The notes under the pieces were generated by a model. That model searched no databases and was not told where the DNA came from. It saw only the letters and a list, made by a program, of their open reading frames with translations. A stretch of 60,264 nt of DNA from assembly GCA_003567855.1 (NCBI GenBank), contig PWYM01000267.1, positions 1 to 60,264 of the forward strand, written 5' to 3'. This document shows positions 9,563 to 18,548 of the stretch, one piece after another (within the stretch, counting starts at the first letter, position 1; each line of letters starts with the position of its first letter). Source of the DNA: Gammaproteobacteria bacterium (GTDB taxonomy: Bacteria; Pseudomonadota; Gammaproteobacteria; Steroidobacterales; PWYM01). A program made the position numbers and the translations under genes.

Positions 9563-10444
9563 ATGTTCAAGGGCAGCATGGTGGCGCTGGTCACCCCGAT
9601 GACGGTCGACGGCGATGTCGACGATCGGGCGCTCGCCGGCCTGGTCGAGTTCCACGTCGAGGCCGGGACCCGCGGGCTGATCATCGCCGGCACGACCGGT
9701 GAATCGGCCACGCTGCGCCGGGACGAACATGTCGCGCTGATCGCCCGCGCGGTCGAGCTTGCCGACGGACGCCTGCCGATCATCGCCGGCACCGGCTCGA
9801 ACTCCACCGCGCAGACGCTGGACCTGTCGCGGGCGGTGGGGTCGCTCGACATCGCCGCCTACCTGCTCGTCACCCCCTATTACAACAAGCCCACCCAGGA
9901 GGGCCTGTTCCGTCATTTCACGGCCGTTGCCGACGCCGTGGAGCACTCGGTCGTACTCTACAACGTGCCCGGCCGCACGGCCGTGGACCTGCACCCTGAA
10001 ACCGTGGGTCGCCTTGCGGAGCATCCGCGCATCGCGGGACTCAAGGAGGCGATGGCCGAGCTCGACCGCGTCCCGAAACTGCGGGAACTCTGCGGCGACG
10101 GGTTCGGTCTGTACAGCGGGGACGACGCCACGAGCCGCGAGTTCATGCTGCGCGGCGGTGATGGCGTCATTTCAGTCACTGCCAACGTGGTACCAGATTT
10201 GATGAACCAGATGTGCGAGGCGGCATTGGCCGGCGACGCCGACAAGGCCGCAGAGATCGACGGACGCATTACCGGACTGCACGACGCGCTGTTCGTGGAG
10301 GCCAACCCGATCCCGGTGAAGTGGGCGCTGCAGCGCATGGGGCTGATCGATGCGGGCATCAGGCTGCCGTTGACGTGGCTGTCCGAGGGTGGGCGTGACA
10401 GCGTGGAAGGCGCGTTGCGCGACGCCGGGGTGATGCTGTCATGA
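9563..10444 (+). CDS. dapA: 4-hydroxy-tetrahydrodipicolinate synthase
   Basis: ALVTPM, GTTGES, PYYNKP, LYNVPGRT, GLKEA, NPIPVK; AAGGA RBS. Confidence 0.96.
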   Translation: MFKGSMVALVTPMTVDGDVDDRALAGLVEFHVEAGTRGLIIAGTTGESATLRRDEHVALIARAVELADGRLPIIAGTGSNSTAQTLDLSRAVGSLDIAAYLLVTPYYNKPTQEGLFRHFTAVADAVEHSVVLYNVPGRTAVDLHPETVGRLAEHPRIAGLKEAMAELDRVPKLRELCGDGFGLYSGDDATSREFMLRGGDGVISVTANVVPDLMNQMCEAALAGDADKAAEIDGRITGLHDALFVEANPIPVKWALQRMGLIDAGIRLPLTWLSEGGRDSVEGALRDAGVMLS

Positions 10445-10725
10445 GGCTGCGCCGCGCGTGCACCGCCGCACTGGCCCTTGCAACGGCGCTGCTCGTCGGC
10501 TGCGCGGGCATGCGCTGCGAGGACCCGGAGCGCTACGCCGGCGCGCAGAGCATCCCCGAGCTTCGCGTCCCGGGTGACATCGGGCTGCCCGATGAGGGCA
10601 ATGCGCTGCGCATCCCGCCGGCGCCGGAGAGTGAGCCGCAACGCATTCCACGGCGCGGGCCCTGCCTGGAACACCCGCCGTATTACAACCCCGACCTGGT
10701 CGACGAGCGCCCGATCCAGGGCTGA
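10441..10725 (+). CDS. Small lipoprotein at the bamC position (BamC N-terminal-like)
   Basis: Lipobox LVGC; Y..A.....LRVP....P......LRIP pattern; ATGA overlap with dapA. Confidence 0.7.
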   Translation: MRLRRACTAALALATALLVGCAGMRCEDPERYAGAQSIPELRVPGDIGLPDEGNALRIPPAPESEPQRIPRRGPCLEHPPYYNPDLVDERPIQG

Positions 10726-10782
10726 CGCGCGCCGCGCGGATTGAACCGTCGCTGCGGGCGCGCTACTCTTTCTGGCCTTGCC

Positions 10783-10873
10783 GGAGAGGTGGCCGAGTGG
10801 TCGAAGGCGCTTGACTGGAATTCAAGTATACGGTGACCCCGTATCGTGGGTTCGAATCCCACCCTCTCCGCCA
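10783..10873 (+). tRNA. tRNA-Ser (anticodon GGA)
   Basis: GGAGAGG/CCTCTCC acceptor stem, D loop AGTGG, anticodon arm CTTGA-CTGGAAT-TCAAG, long variable arm, GGTTCGAATCC, encoded CCA. Confidence 0.97.
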
Positions 10874-10930
10874 TCCGTTTCGCCGACCACGAGCGGTCGG
10901 CCCGCCTGAGTCGCGGGGGTTTGCAGCCAC

Positions 10931-11602
10931 ATGGCCCTGTATGACCTCGACGCGCACTGCCCGGTATGCGAGTGGGTGCCGCCGCAGTTCTTTCGCGAGG
11001 TCGAGCACAGGCGTTACTGGCGTTGTCCATACTGCCACGCCACCTACCTCGACCGCGCCCAGCTGCCTGATGGCGCGACCGAGCTCGACTGCTACCGTTA
11101 CCATCGCAACGACCCCGACGACCCGCGTTACCGGCGCTTCCTGTCGCCTGCGTTCTATGCGCTCGTGGACCGCCTCGGTGGCGGCGCGCTCGAAGGCCTG
11201 GATTACGGCAGCGGAAACGGCTCGGCGATGGCCGCGATGCTCGAGGAAGTCGGCTACCGCGTGACGCTGTACGATCCGTACTTCCGGCCCGATGCCGCGG
11301 CGCTGGAGCGTCAGTACGACTTCATCACCTGCACCGAGGTCGTCGAGCACTTCCACGAGCCCGGCCGCGAGTTCGACCGGCTCAACCGCCTGCTCAAGCC
11401 CGGCGGATGGCTGGTCGTGCTCACCACCTTTCTCACCGAGGACGCGTGGTTTGCGCAGTGGCATTATCGCCGCGACCCGACGCACGTGATCTTCTACAAG
11501 CCCCCCACCTTCCGGTGTATTGCGGCGATGCGACGCTGGACCTGCGATTTTCCGGCCGGCAACGTCGCACTGTTCAGGCGGATTCCCGGGGTCCGGGTCT
11601 AG
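10931..11602 (+). CDS. Class I SAM-dependent methyltransferase with N-terminal CxxC..CxxC zinc ribbon
   Basis: CPVC/CPYC, LDYGSGNG, FITCTEVVEH, LKPGG, YRRDPTH. Confidence 0.85.
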   Translation: MALYDLDAHCPVCEWVPPQFFREVEHRRYWRCPYCHATYLDRAQLPDGATELDCYRYHRNDPDDPRYRRFLSPAFYALVDRLGGGALEGLDYGSGNGSAMAAMLEEVGYRVTLYDPYFRPDAAALERQYDFITCTEVVEHFHEPGREFDRLNRLLKPGGWLVVLTTFLTEDAWFAQWHYRRDPTHVIFYKPPTFRCIAAMRRWTCDFPAGNVALFRRIPGVRV

Positions 11603-11613
11603 GCGCGGGGCCG

Positions 11614-12687
11614 ATGCGCAGGCGCGAGCGCCAGACCTGGCTGATGTTCTTCGTGCTGCCGGCGGTGGCGTGCATGCTCGCGATCGTCGCCTGGACGTGG
11701 TGGGCCGAGCGCCATCCGTCTATGGAGCGTGAGCTGCGGGAGCAGGCCTACGACCAGCTCGCGACGTGGTTTCCCGAAGAGATGGCGCTGCCCGAGGGGC
11801 AGCGTGGTTTCATTGTACGCACGACACCTGACGGCGTTGCGCACCCGGGTCCGCAGGTGCTGCTGCTTCACGGCCTCGATGAGCCCGGCGGTATATGGGA
11901 CGACCTGGTGCCTGTGCTGGAGGCGGCGGGTATCGCGGCATGGGAGTACCGTTACCCGAACGACCAGGCGATCGACCGCAGCGCCGACCTCCTCGCCGAT
12001 GACTGGCCGGAGCTGCCGGACGACGCGCCCGTGGTGCTCGTGGGCCACAGCATGGGTGGCCTGGTGATCCGTGACTTCGTGACCCGGTGGCGCTATCCCA
12101 GCGGAAGCGCGGAAGCCGAGTCGTCGGCGCTGTCGAATACCGCACCGGTGCGTGGTGCAGTGATGGTCGGTACGCCTAACCATGGCTCGGAGTGGGCCCG
12201 CTTGCGTGTCTGGCTCGAACTTCGCAACCTCGTGTCCACTTTGCAGGAGCGGCGGTTCTCGCTGTTCGCGAGCCTGCGTGACGGCACCGGCGCGGCCAAG
12301 ATCGACCTGCGCCCTGGCAGTGCGTTCCTGGCCGATCTGAACGCCCGCGAGTGGCCGGAGCCGGTGCCGGTGCGCATCATTGGCGGCCTGATCAGCGAGC
12401 CCACCGAGGACATGATCGAAGGTTTCGCGGCGCTGTCGTCCGAACTCGGTGGCGAGGCGTTTCCGCAGGCCCTGCAGGAGTGGTGGTACGAACTCGGCGG
12501 CAACCTCGGTGACGGCGTGGTGCCGGTGGCATCGCTCGCGCTGCCCGAGGCGCCGCCGCCGGTGATCGTCAATGCATCGCACCGCGGCATGCTCACGCGC
12601 ACCCCGCTGGAGGACGACGAGCCCCCGGCGATCGCCGAGATCCTCGCTGTGCTCGACGAATGGCTGGAGGCCCCGCCCGAGCCCTAG
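11614..12687 (+). CDS. Membrane-anchored alpha/beta hydrolase (lipase/esterase, PGAP1-like)
   Basis: N-terminal TM helix; LLHGL oxyanion, GHSMGG nucleophile, GTPNHGS, GDGVV, ASH. Confidence 0.82.
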   Translation: MRRRERQTWLMFFVLPAVACMLAIVAWTWWAERHPSMERELREQAYDQLATWFPEEMALPEGQRGFIVRTTPDGVAHPGPQVLLLHGLDEPGGIWDDLVPVLEAAGIAAWEYRYPNDQAIDRSADLLADDWPELPDDAPVVLVGHSMGGLVIRDFVTRWRYPSGSAEAESSALSNTAPVRGAVMVGTPNHGSEWARLRVWLELRNLVSTLQERRFSLFASLRDGTGAAKIDLRPGSAFLADLNAREWPEPVPVRIIGGLISEPTEDMIEGFAALSSELGGEAFPQALQEWWYELGGNLGDGVVPVASLALPEAPPPVIVNASHRGMLTRTPLEDDEPPAIAEILAVLDEWLEAPPEP

Positions 12688-12689
12688 CC

Positions 12690-13253
12690 CTAGCCCGTCC
12701 ATGCGTCGAGCAGCAGCCACGCGCCGATGGCGGCGAACAGCAGCGCGGCCACCCGTCGCAACAGGCGCAGCGGCAGTCGGCCTGCGAAACGGTGTCCGAG
12801 CCACAGCGCCGGGGTCGTCACCAGCAGGATGCCGAGCGTGCCACCGGCGACGACCGCGATCACGCTGTCGAACATGCCGGCCAGCGTGATCACCGCTAGC
12901 TGCGTCTTGTCAGCCATCTCGAGGATGAAGAACGTGACCGCCGCGGTCACGAAGATGCGCGAGCCGCTGCGCGGGGGGGGCTCATCGTCACTTTCCGGCA
13001 CGAGCACCCAGACGGCCATCGCCAGGAATGCCGTGCCGACGAGCGCGCCGTGCCACGCCGGGTCGAGCAGCGAGAACAGCCATACGCCGACCAGCGCCGA
13101 CAGCAGCTGGTTCGCAAGAAGGCCCACTGCCATACCCCAGAACACCGGCCACGGGCGTCGGTAGCGCAGTCCGAAGACGATCGCGAGCAGCAGCGAGCGG
13201 TCACCGATTTCGGCGATCGCGACCGTGAGCAGCGCGGCGGCAAATGCGTCCAT
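12690..13253 (-). CDS. TMEM165/GDT1 (UPF0016) family Mn2+/Ca2+ transporter
   Basis: Twin motifs EIGDRS and EMADKT in a ~6-TM protein. Confidence 0.9.
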   Translation of the reverse strand: MDAFAAALLTVAIAEIGDRSLLLAIVFGLRYRRPWPVFWGMAVGLLANQLLSALVGVWLFSLLDPAWHGALVGTAFLAMAVWVLVPESDDEPPPRSGSRIFVTAAVTFFILEMADKTQLAVITLAGMFDSVIAVVAGGTLGILLVTTPALWLGHRFAGRLPLRLLRRVAALLFAAIGAWLLLDAWTG

Positions 13254-13479
13254 TGCAAGAATTCCAGGGCCGGCGGCGCGACTGCTCCCCCGGGGAGCGG
13301 CGCAAGTCCATCACGCCCGTGGCATCCGGTCAAGGCAGCGAGGCGGACTGCTCTAGAAAGTTGACCTCGCGCGATGGGAGTCGCCATGCTTGATGGCCTT
13401 ATGCAGGCTCCGACATCGCCCGGCTGGTGCGGCGTGCGGGAGTCGTGTTCCTGACGCTTAGGCGTGAGCTGTTCCTGCG

Positions 13480-14967
13480 ATGAGCCAATTCGCAACATTG
13501 ACCCGCCAGGCATCCGAGCTCAAGCGTGCCGGGCGGCTCGACGAGGCTATTGCCGTGTATCGCCATGCGCTCGCTGTCGCGCCGGCCACCGGCGTGGCCG
13601 AGCACAACCTGGCCGCGGCACTCGGTGATGCCGGCGCTGCGGCCGAAGCGGTGTCGTGGTGCGAGGCCGCGATTCGGCGAGGCCTGTCCGCACCTGAGAC
13701 GTGGCTCGTGCTGGCGCGCGCCGAGCTTGCTCGTGGTCGCTTCGATTCGGCAGAACGCGCCTTCCGCAAGGTGATTCAGCTCCGGCCGGCAATGATCGAA
13801 GCGCACTACGAGCGGGCGCAGTTGGCGTGGATGCGAACCGGTGACCAGGCTCTGGCCTTGCGCGGCATCGACGCGGCGATCCGGAAACTGCCTGACGAGC
13901 CTGCACTCAGGCTGGTCAGGGCGCGCGTGCTACAGTACGCCGGCGATGAAGAGGCCGCCTTTGCGGAACTCAAGCGCGCGCTCGCGCGCTGGCCCGGAGA
14001 CGTCACGCTGCGGGTAGAAGCGGCCTACCTCGGCGTGCTCACTCGGCGCGCGAGACCGGCGATCGCGCATGCGATGCAAGCGCTCGAACATGCTCCGGGG
14101 CACGCTACAGCGATGATGGTGCTGGCATATGCGTTTCTCGCAGCCGGGGACCCCGCGCGGGCGGTAGAGGTTGCGGATCATCTCGCTCGGCACCATCCAC
14201 TGGACCAGGAAGTGCTGGCCGTGCGGGCCACGGGTTGGCGGTTGCTCGGCGATGAGCGATACGCGCAGCTTTATGATTACGACGCTTTCGTCCGCGCGTA
14301 CGAAATCGCGACTCCCGAGGGCTGGAGCAGCCTCCCGGGCTACCTCGATGAGCTGAGTGCGGCGCTGGAACGACTGCACCCGTACCAGAGCCACCCCTTC
14401 GGCCAGTCGGTCCGTCATGGCAGCCAGGTCTCCAACGTGACCGGGTATGATGACCCCGCGGTGCGCGCGTTTCCTGATGCCGTCGCACCCGTCATCGATG
14501 CGCACCTCGAGCACCTGGGGGCGGGCGAGGACCCGCTGCGCTCCCGGAATTCCGGCGGCTGGCGGTTCCAGGGGATCTGGTCCGTGCGCCTGTCGGGGGG
14601 CGGATTCCATGCCAGCCATGTGCATCCACAGGGGTGGCTTTCGTCGGCGTGCTACATCGCGCTGCCGCCCGCGATGGGCCGCGGTGATGGGACAGGCGCC
14701 GGTGGCAGTGCCCGGGCTAATGGCGACGAAGGACGGGTTCCCGTCAGTGACCGGGCAGGGCCCGACCGCGCCGGCTGGTTGCAGTTCGGGGCGCCGGGTA
14801 CGCCCACCCAGCCGGCACTCGATGCGCAGCATTTCGTTGCACCGGCGCCCGGGCGTCTCGTGCTTTTCCCGTCGTACATGTGGCACGGCACCGTGCCCTT
14901 CGACGCAGAGCGCCCGCGCATCACGATCGCGTTCGATGTCGTGCCCCGGCAGCAGGCGCAGGATTGA
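13480..14967 (+). CDS. TPR-repeat protein with C-terminal putative 2OG-Fe(II) oxygenase domain
   Basis: N-terminal Ala-rich TPR helices; WSVRL..GGFH.SHVHP.GWLSS..Y, LVLFPSY.WHGT and RITIAFD motifs. Confidence 0.85.
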   Translation: MSQFATLTRQASELKRAGRLDEAIAVYRHALAVAPATGVAEHNLAAALGDAGAAAEAVSWCEAAIRRGLSAPETWLVLARAELARGRFDSAERAFRKVIQLRPAMIEAHYERAQLAWMRTGDQALALRGIDAAIRKLPDEPALRLVRARVLQYAGDEEAAFAELKRALARWPGDVTLRVEAAYLGVLTRRARPAIAHAMQALEHAPGHATAMMVLAYAFLAAGDPARAVEVADHLARHHPLDQEVLAVRATGWRLLGDERYAQLYDYDAFVRAYEIATPEGWSSLPGYLDELSAALERLHPYQSHPFGQSVRHGSQVSNVTGYDDPAVRAFPDAVAPVIDAHLEHLGAGEDPLRSRNSGGWRFQGIWSVRLSGGGFHASHVHPQGWLSSACYIALPPAMGRGDGTGAGGSARANGDEGRVPVSDRAGPDRAGWLQFGAPGTPTQPALDAQHFVAPAPGRLVLFPSYMWHGTVPFDAERPRITIAFDVVPRQQAQD

Positions 14968-15023
14968 CGCCACCCGCCGCATGTGGCTTTCCGCCTGATC
15001 CCGCGCCGCGACAAATTTCGACC

Positions 15024-15059
15024 AAAAAAAGACCCGCCACACGATCCGTGTGGCGGGTC
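15024..15059 (-). terminator. Intrinsic terminator for the TonB receptor gene
   Basis: 13-bp perfect stem GACCCGCCACACG/CGTGTGGCGGGTC, 3-nt loop, adjacent A7 (U7 on minus strand). Confidence 0.85.
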
Positions 15060-15074
15060 AGGTTTCTGCGCAGT

Positions 15075-15099
15075 CCCGCCCGGCATCATGCCGGGCGGG
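15075..15099. repeat. Perfect 12-bp inverted repeat (GC-rich hairpin)
   Basis: CCCGCCCGGCAT-C-ATGCCGGGCGGG between convergent genes. Confidence 0.7.
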
Positions 15100-15115
15100 C
15101 TAGTACGCGGTTGCC

Positions 15116-18049
15116 TCAGAACGAGACGTTCAGACCGAGCGTGTAGAACCGGCCCACAGCATCATAGACCTGCGGGAACGTGTTGCCACTGTTCACCGCC
15201 GATGTGCTGATGGTGTTGCCGATGTTCGGTGCATCACGATCGAACAGGTTGTTGACCGTGAGCGTCGCACGGACGTTGTCGTTGATGTTCCAGACGCCTG
15301 TCAGGTCGAAGTAGCTGTAGCTGCCGATGGAACGGGCGAAGAACTCCTCGGGAGCGGAGATGCTCCCCCCGTCGATCGCGCCCTGGATATCCGACGGCTC
15401 GGCGTTGAGCCCGTCGAGGTAGCGCCAGTTCAGCGACAGGTTGAAGTCCGCGACGTTCCAGGTCGTGCGCAGGTTGCCCTTCCACTTCGTGACCAGGCGG
15501 CTGCACGCGGTGCTGTAGAAGCCGAGGCAGTCACGGCGGGTCGAGTCGGGCGTCGGCTGCTGCTCGAAGTTCAGCACCCGGGTGACGTTGAGGTTGAAGT
15601 TCAGCCTCCCGAGCCCCGGATCGGCGAAGTCGAAGCCGTAAGTCGCCGCGAAGTCGACGCCGTCGGTGCGGAAGAAGCCGAGGTTGGACTGCGGTGTGAT
15701 CACGCCCAGCGCGTCGCCGGCACCGAGGTCGCCGGTAGTCGCGCTGCGATCGACCAGTGCGCAGGCTTCGTTGAATTCGCGGTTCGGATTGCGGCTCGAG
15801 CTGAAGCAGTCCTCGAGGATGTCACTGGTGCTCGGCGAGGACACCGCGTCGGTGATGCGGATGCGGTAGTAGTCGGCCGTGATCGTCAGGTTCTCGACCT
15901 GTCGCGGCTGCCACACACCACCGATCGTGAACGTGTTGCCGACCTCCGGGCCGAGTTCCGGGTTGCCGCCGGACGTGTTGTTGATCTGGCTGGCTGCCGG
16001 AGGTGCGATCTCGCCAACACGGCCTTCGGGAGCGCCCGTCTGCACGCAGAGGTTGGTCAGCGTACCCGCGACCCCAATGTCGGCCGGATTGATGTTGTCC
16101 AACTGGCACGGATCGGTGTCGAGGCTCGACAGGCCGGTCACGAACGGTGCGAACAGTTCATTGACGTTCGGTGCACGGGTCGCACGCTGGAGCATCGTCC
16201 GGAAACGCACGTCATCCACGGGCTCCCATGCCAGGCCGACCTTCCAGCTGCGGTAGTCGTCCGAATTCTCGCCGGAGTCGAAGTCCGTGTGCCGGATACC
16301 CGCTTCGAGTGTCAGCGAGTTCACGCCGGGTGCATCGGTGACCAGCGGCACCAGCGCCTCGGCGTAGATCTCGTTCAGCTTGAAAGAACCGGCACGGTCC
16401 GGCGTCGCGGCACCGGTGCCGAGCACCTCGCTGTCGATCTGCGACGCCGCGTCGGACGCGGTGAAGGCGCTGACACGGCGGTGCTCTACACCGAAAGCGA
16501 CACCGATCGGTGAACCCGAGGCAAACGGGCTGCGGAAATCGCCGAGATCACCGGAGACCGAGGCCTGGCCGATTTCCTGCTGAACTTCCTGGTTGAGGAT
16601 TGCGTTGAGATCGATGAAGTTCAGCATCTCCTGGGTGATGCCGCCGTCCTCGGTCCACAGGTTCAGCGGTACGCAGCCGCCGCTCGGGTCCACGCAGACG
16701 GCTTCGCCGGTCTCGGGGTCGGGCAGTACGTTCAGTGCCTGGCGCGCAGCCGACAGCGAACCCCATTGGATGCGGGTCTGCGACTGCTTGGCAAGGCCGT
16801 ATGACCACGACACGTCGTAGTCCCAGGTCGGGGTGATGTCGCCCCGGATGCCGAGGTTGTACTGGAACTGCTGGTTCTCGAAGATGTTGAGGCGCGGCCC
16901 GAACTCGGTGAACCGGCGCGGGAACTGGCCGGTGATTGTTTCCGGGTTGCCGGCGACACAGTCACCTATTGCGATGTCGTTCACTTCACAAAGCTGCTCG
17001 CGCGCGGGTTGCGGGATCAGCGGGTTGCCGATCGGGACTTCGAAGATGTTGAAGAACGTCGAACTCGGCGCGAGGTTCGTTTCGACCTCCGCATCGGTGA
17101 AGAAGAGCTCGCCGTATACCTCGGCAAACGGTGCGATCTCGTAGCGGCCGAGTGCGGTGAACTGCGTGCGCTCGAGCGGCGACTGGTAGAGGTTGAGCGG
17201 GTTGAAGTTGTACGGCGTGACCCCCGGTTCGAAAGCACCCGTTGCCGGGTTGAACTGCTGGGTGCCTTCAAGGGCGGTCGTCACCGTGGGCGTCGCCGCC
17301 GACGACCCGAACGCGGCGCCGGTGATGGAGTTGAGCGTCTGTTCACCGATGCCGCGATCGCCCTGCAGCACGGGGTCGGTATCGGTGACGCCGACGCTCA
17401 TGACCACGTTGCCGCGGCCGTCGGACGTGTTCGCGCCGAAGGTCAGGTCGGCGCGGAATCGGTCGCCGTCGTTCTCGTCGGAAACGCCGTAGGAGACGTT
17501 GAAGTCCACACCTTCAAAGTCCCGGCGCAGGATGAAGTTGAATACGCCGGTGACGGCGTCGGCGCCGTAGACGGCGGACGCGCCGCCGGTGATGAGGTCG
17601 ACGCGCTCGATCAGTGCGACGGGGATCGTGTCGGTATTGACGGTACCGCCGAGGCTGAATGGCGTCAGGCGACGGTCATTGACCAGCACCAGGTTCCTGT
17701 TGGAGCCGAGGCCGCGCAGGTCGATCAGCGAGCCGCCGATGGCGCCGTTGTTGGTGCCGGGGCCAAGGTTCGGAATCGCCGCCGGAAGCTGGCTTATGAA
17801 CTCCTCGACCGATGTCGGCTGACGAAGGTCGATTTCCACCTGGTCGACACTGGAAATCGGGCTGTTCGACACCAGGCCCGGGGAGCGGATGCGCGTACCG
17901 GTGACTACGACCTCGTCAATGGCCTGCGAGCCGGGGGGCTGTGTCTGTTGCTGCTGGGCGAAAGCTGCGGTGCCATGCAGCCCCGCACCTGCCACACCGG
18001 CCGTAAGAAGCGCGGTTCGGATCGCGCGGGTCAGTCTTGAATTGGGCAT
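15116..18049 (-). CDS. TonB-dependent receptor (large, Cys-pair-rich)
   Basis: Signal peptide, TonB box DEVVVTG, plug LRGLG..RNLVLVN and IERVD...GASAVYG, VNNLFD, terminal Phe; GGGAG RBS before ATG 18049. Confidence 0.93.
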   Translation of the reverse strand: MPNSRLTRAIRTALLTAGVAGAGLHGTAAFAQQQQTQPPGSQAIDEVVVTGTRIRSPGLVSNSPISSVDQVEIDLRQPTSVEEFISQLPAAIPNLGPGTNNGAIGGSLIDLRGLGSNRNLVLVNDRRLTPFSLGGTVNTDTIPVALIERVDLITGGASAVYGADAVTGVFNFILRRDFEGVDFNVSYGVSDENDGDRFRADLTFGANTSDGRGNVVMSVGVTDTDPVLQGDRGIGEQTLNSITGAAFGSSAATPTVTTALEGTQQFNPATGAFEPGVTPYNFNPLNLYQSPLERTQFTALGRYEIAPFAEVYGELFFTDAEVETNLAPSSTFFNIFEVPIGNPLIPQPAREQLCEVNDIAIGDCVAGNPETITGQFPRRFTEFGPRLNIFENQQFQYNLGIRGDITPTWDYDVSWSYGLAKQSQTRIQWGSLSAARQALNVLPDPETGEAVCVDPSGGCVPLNLWTEDGGITQEMLNFIDLNAILNQEVQQEIGQASVSGDLGDFRSPFASGSPIGVAFGVEHRRVSAFTASDAASQIDSEVLGTGAATPDRAGSFKLNEIYAEALVPLVTDAPGVNSLTLEAGIRHTDFDSGENSDDYRSWKVGLAWEPVDDVRFRTMLQRATRAPNVNELFAPFVTGLSSLDTDPCQLDNINPADIGVAGTLTNLCVQTGAPEGRVGEIAPPAASQINNTSGGNPELGPEVGNTFTIGGVWQPRQVENLTITADYYRIRITDAVSSPSTSDILEDCFSSSRNPNREFNEACALVDRSATTGDLGAGDALGVITPQSNLGFFRTDGVDFAATYGFDFADPGLGRLNFNLNVTRVLNFEQQPTPDSTRRDCLGFYSTACSRLVTKWKGNLRTTWNVADFNLSLNWRYLDGLNAEPSDIQGAIDGGSISAPEEFFARSIGSYSYFDLTGVWNINDNVRATLTVNNLFDRDAPNIGNTISTSAVNSGNTFPQVYDAVGRFYTLGLNVSF

Positions 18050-18548
18050 AACGTTGAAACTCCCTGCTGGGTAAGTTGCCACTGCTCAGGATTTGTCGCG
18101 TACAGGTTGTTCCGGACCCGGAATCGGTCGGATTCGGTCGCGGCTGATATCATGTGTTGTTGTAGAGCCACAGCTAGGTCATTTCCACCGATTCTGATGT
18201 CACAGAACAACCGTCGCGGTAAAAGATAGCTAAGAATTAATTACTTGGGAAGTGGTGGCGAACATACGAGTGTGGTTGTCCGGACCGTGTTCGCAACGCA
18301 TTTGACGTATTGAGTTGATTATCCGAAGTTTATGCATAGGGCGTGTCTTAGAAACCACAGCGTGCAGCGCAAACGAACGCTCCGACACCGGAGTCGTCAC
18401 GCGCAAGCAGCGCCGGGCGCTGATTCGCCCGGCCGAGGCGTGATTTCTCGGCCGGACCCGCCCCGGCATTCACGAGGCCGCGGCCCGGCTGGCATGCGCG
18501 CGAGCTTCCTGCTAGCTTTCCCGCTCGTCATCGCTGTCGGAGCCTGAC

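Noticed and set aside
13370-13414. Fluoride-riboswitch-like sequence on the + strand (GCGATGGGAGTCGCC...GGCTCCGAC)
   Set aside because: The 3' AUGRC core and P2 arm are missing, the downstream gene is not fluoride-related, and the stretch overlaps a plausible promoter (TTGACC-N18-CATGCT), so it is probably not transcribed intact. A cmscan would settle it.
18152-18229. 25-codon ORF MCCCRATARS... as a possible precursor peptide for the TPR-oxygenase
   Set aside because: No RBS, atypical codon usage, and it lies antisense in the receptor's promoter region.
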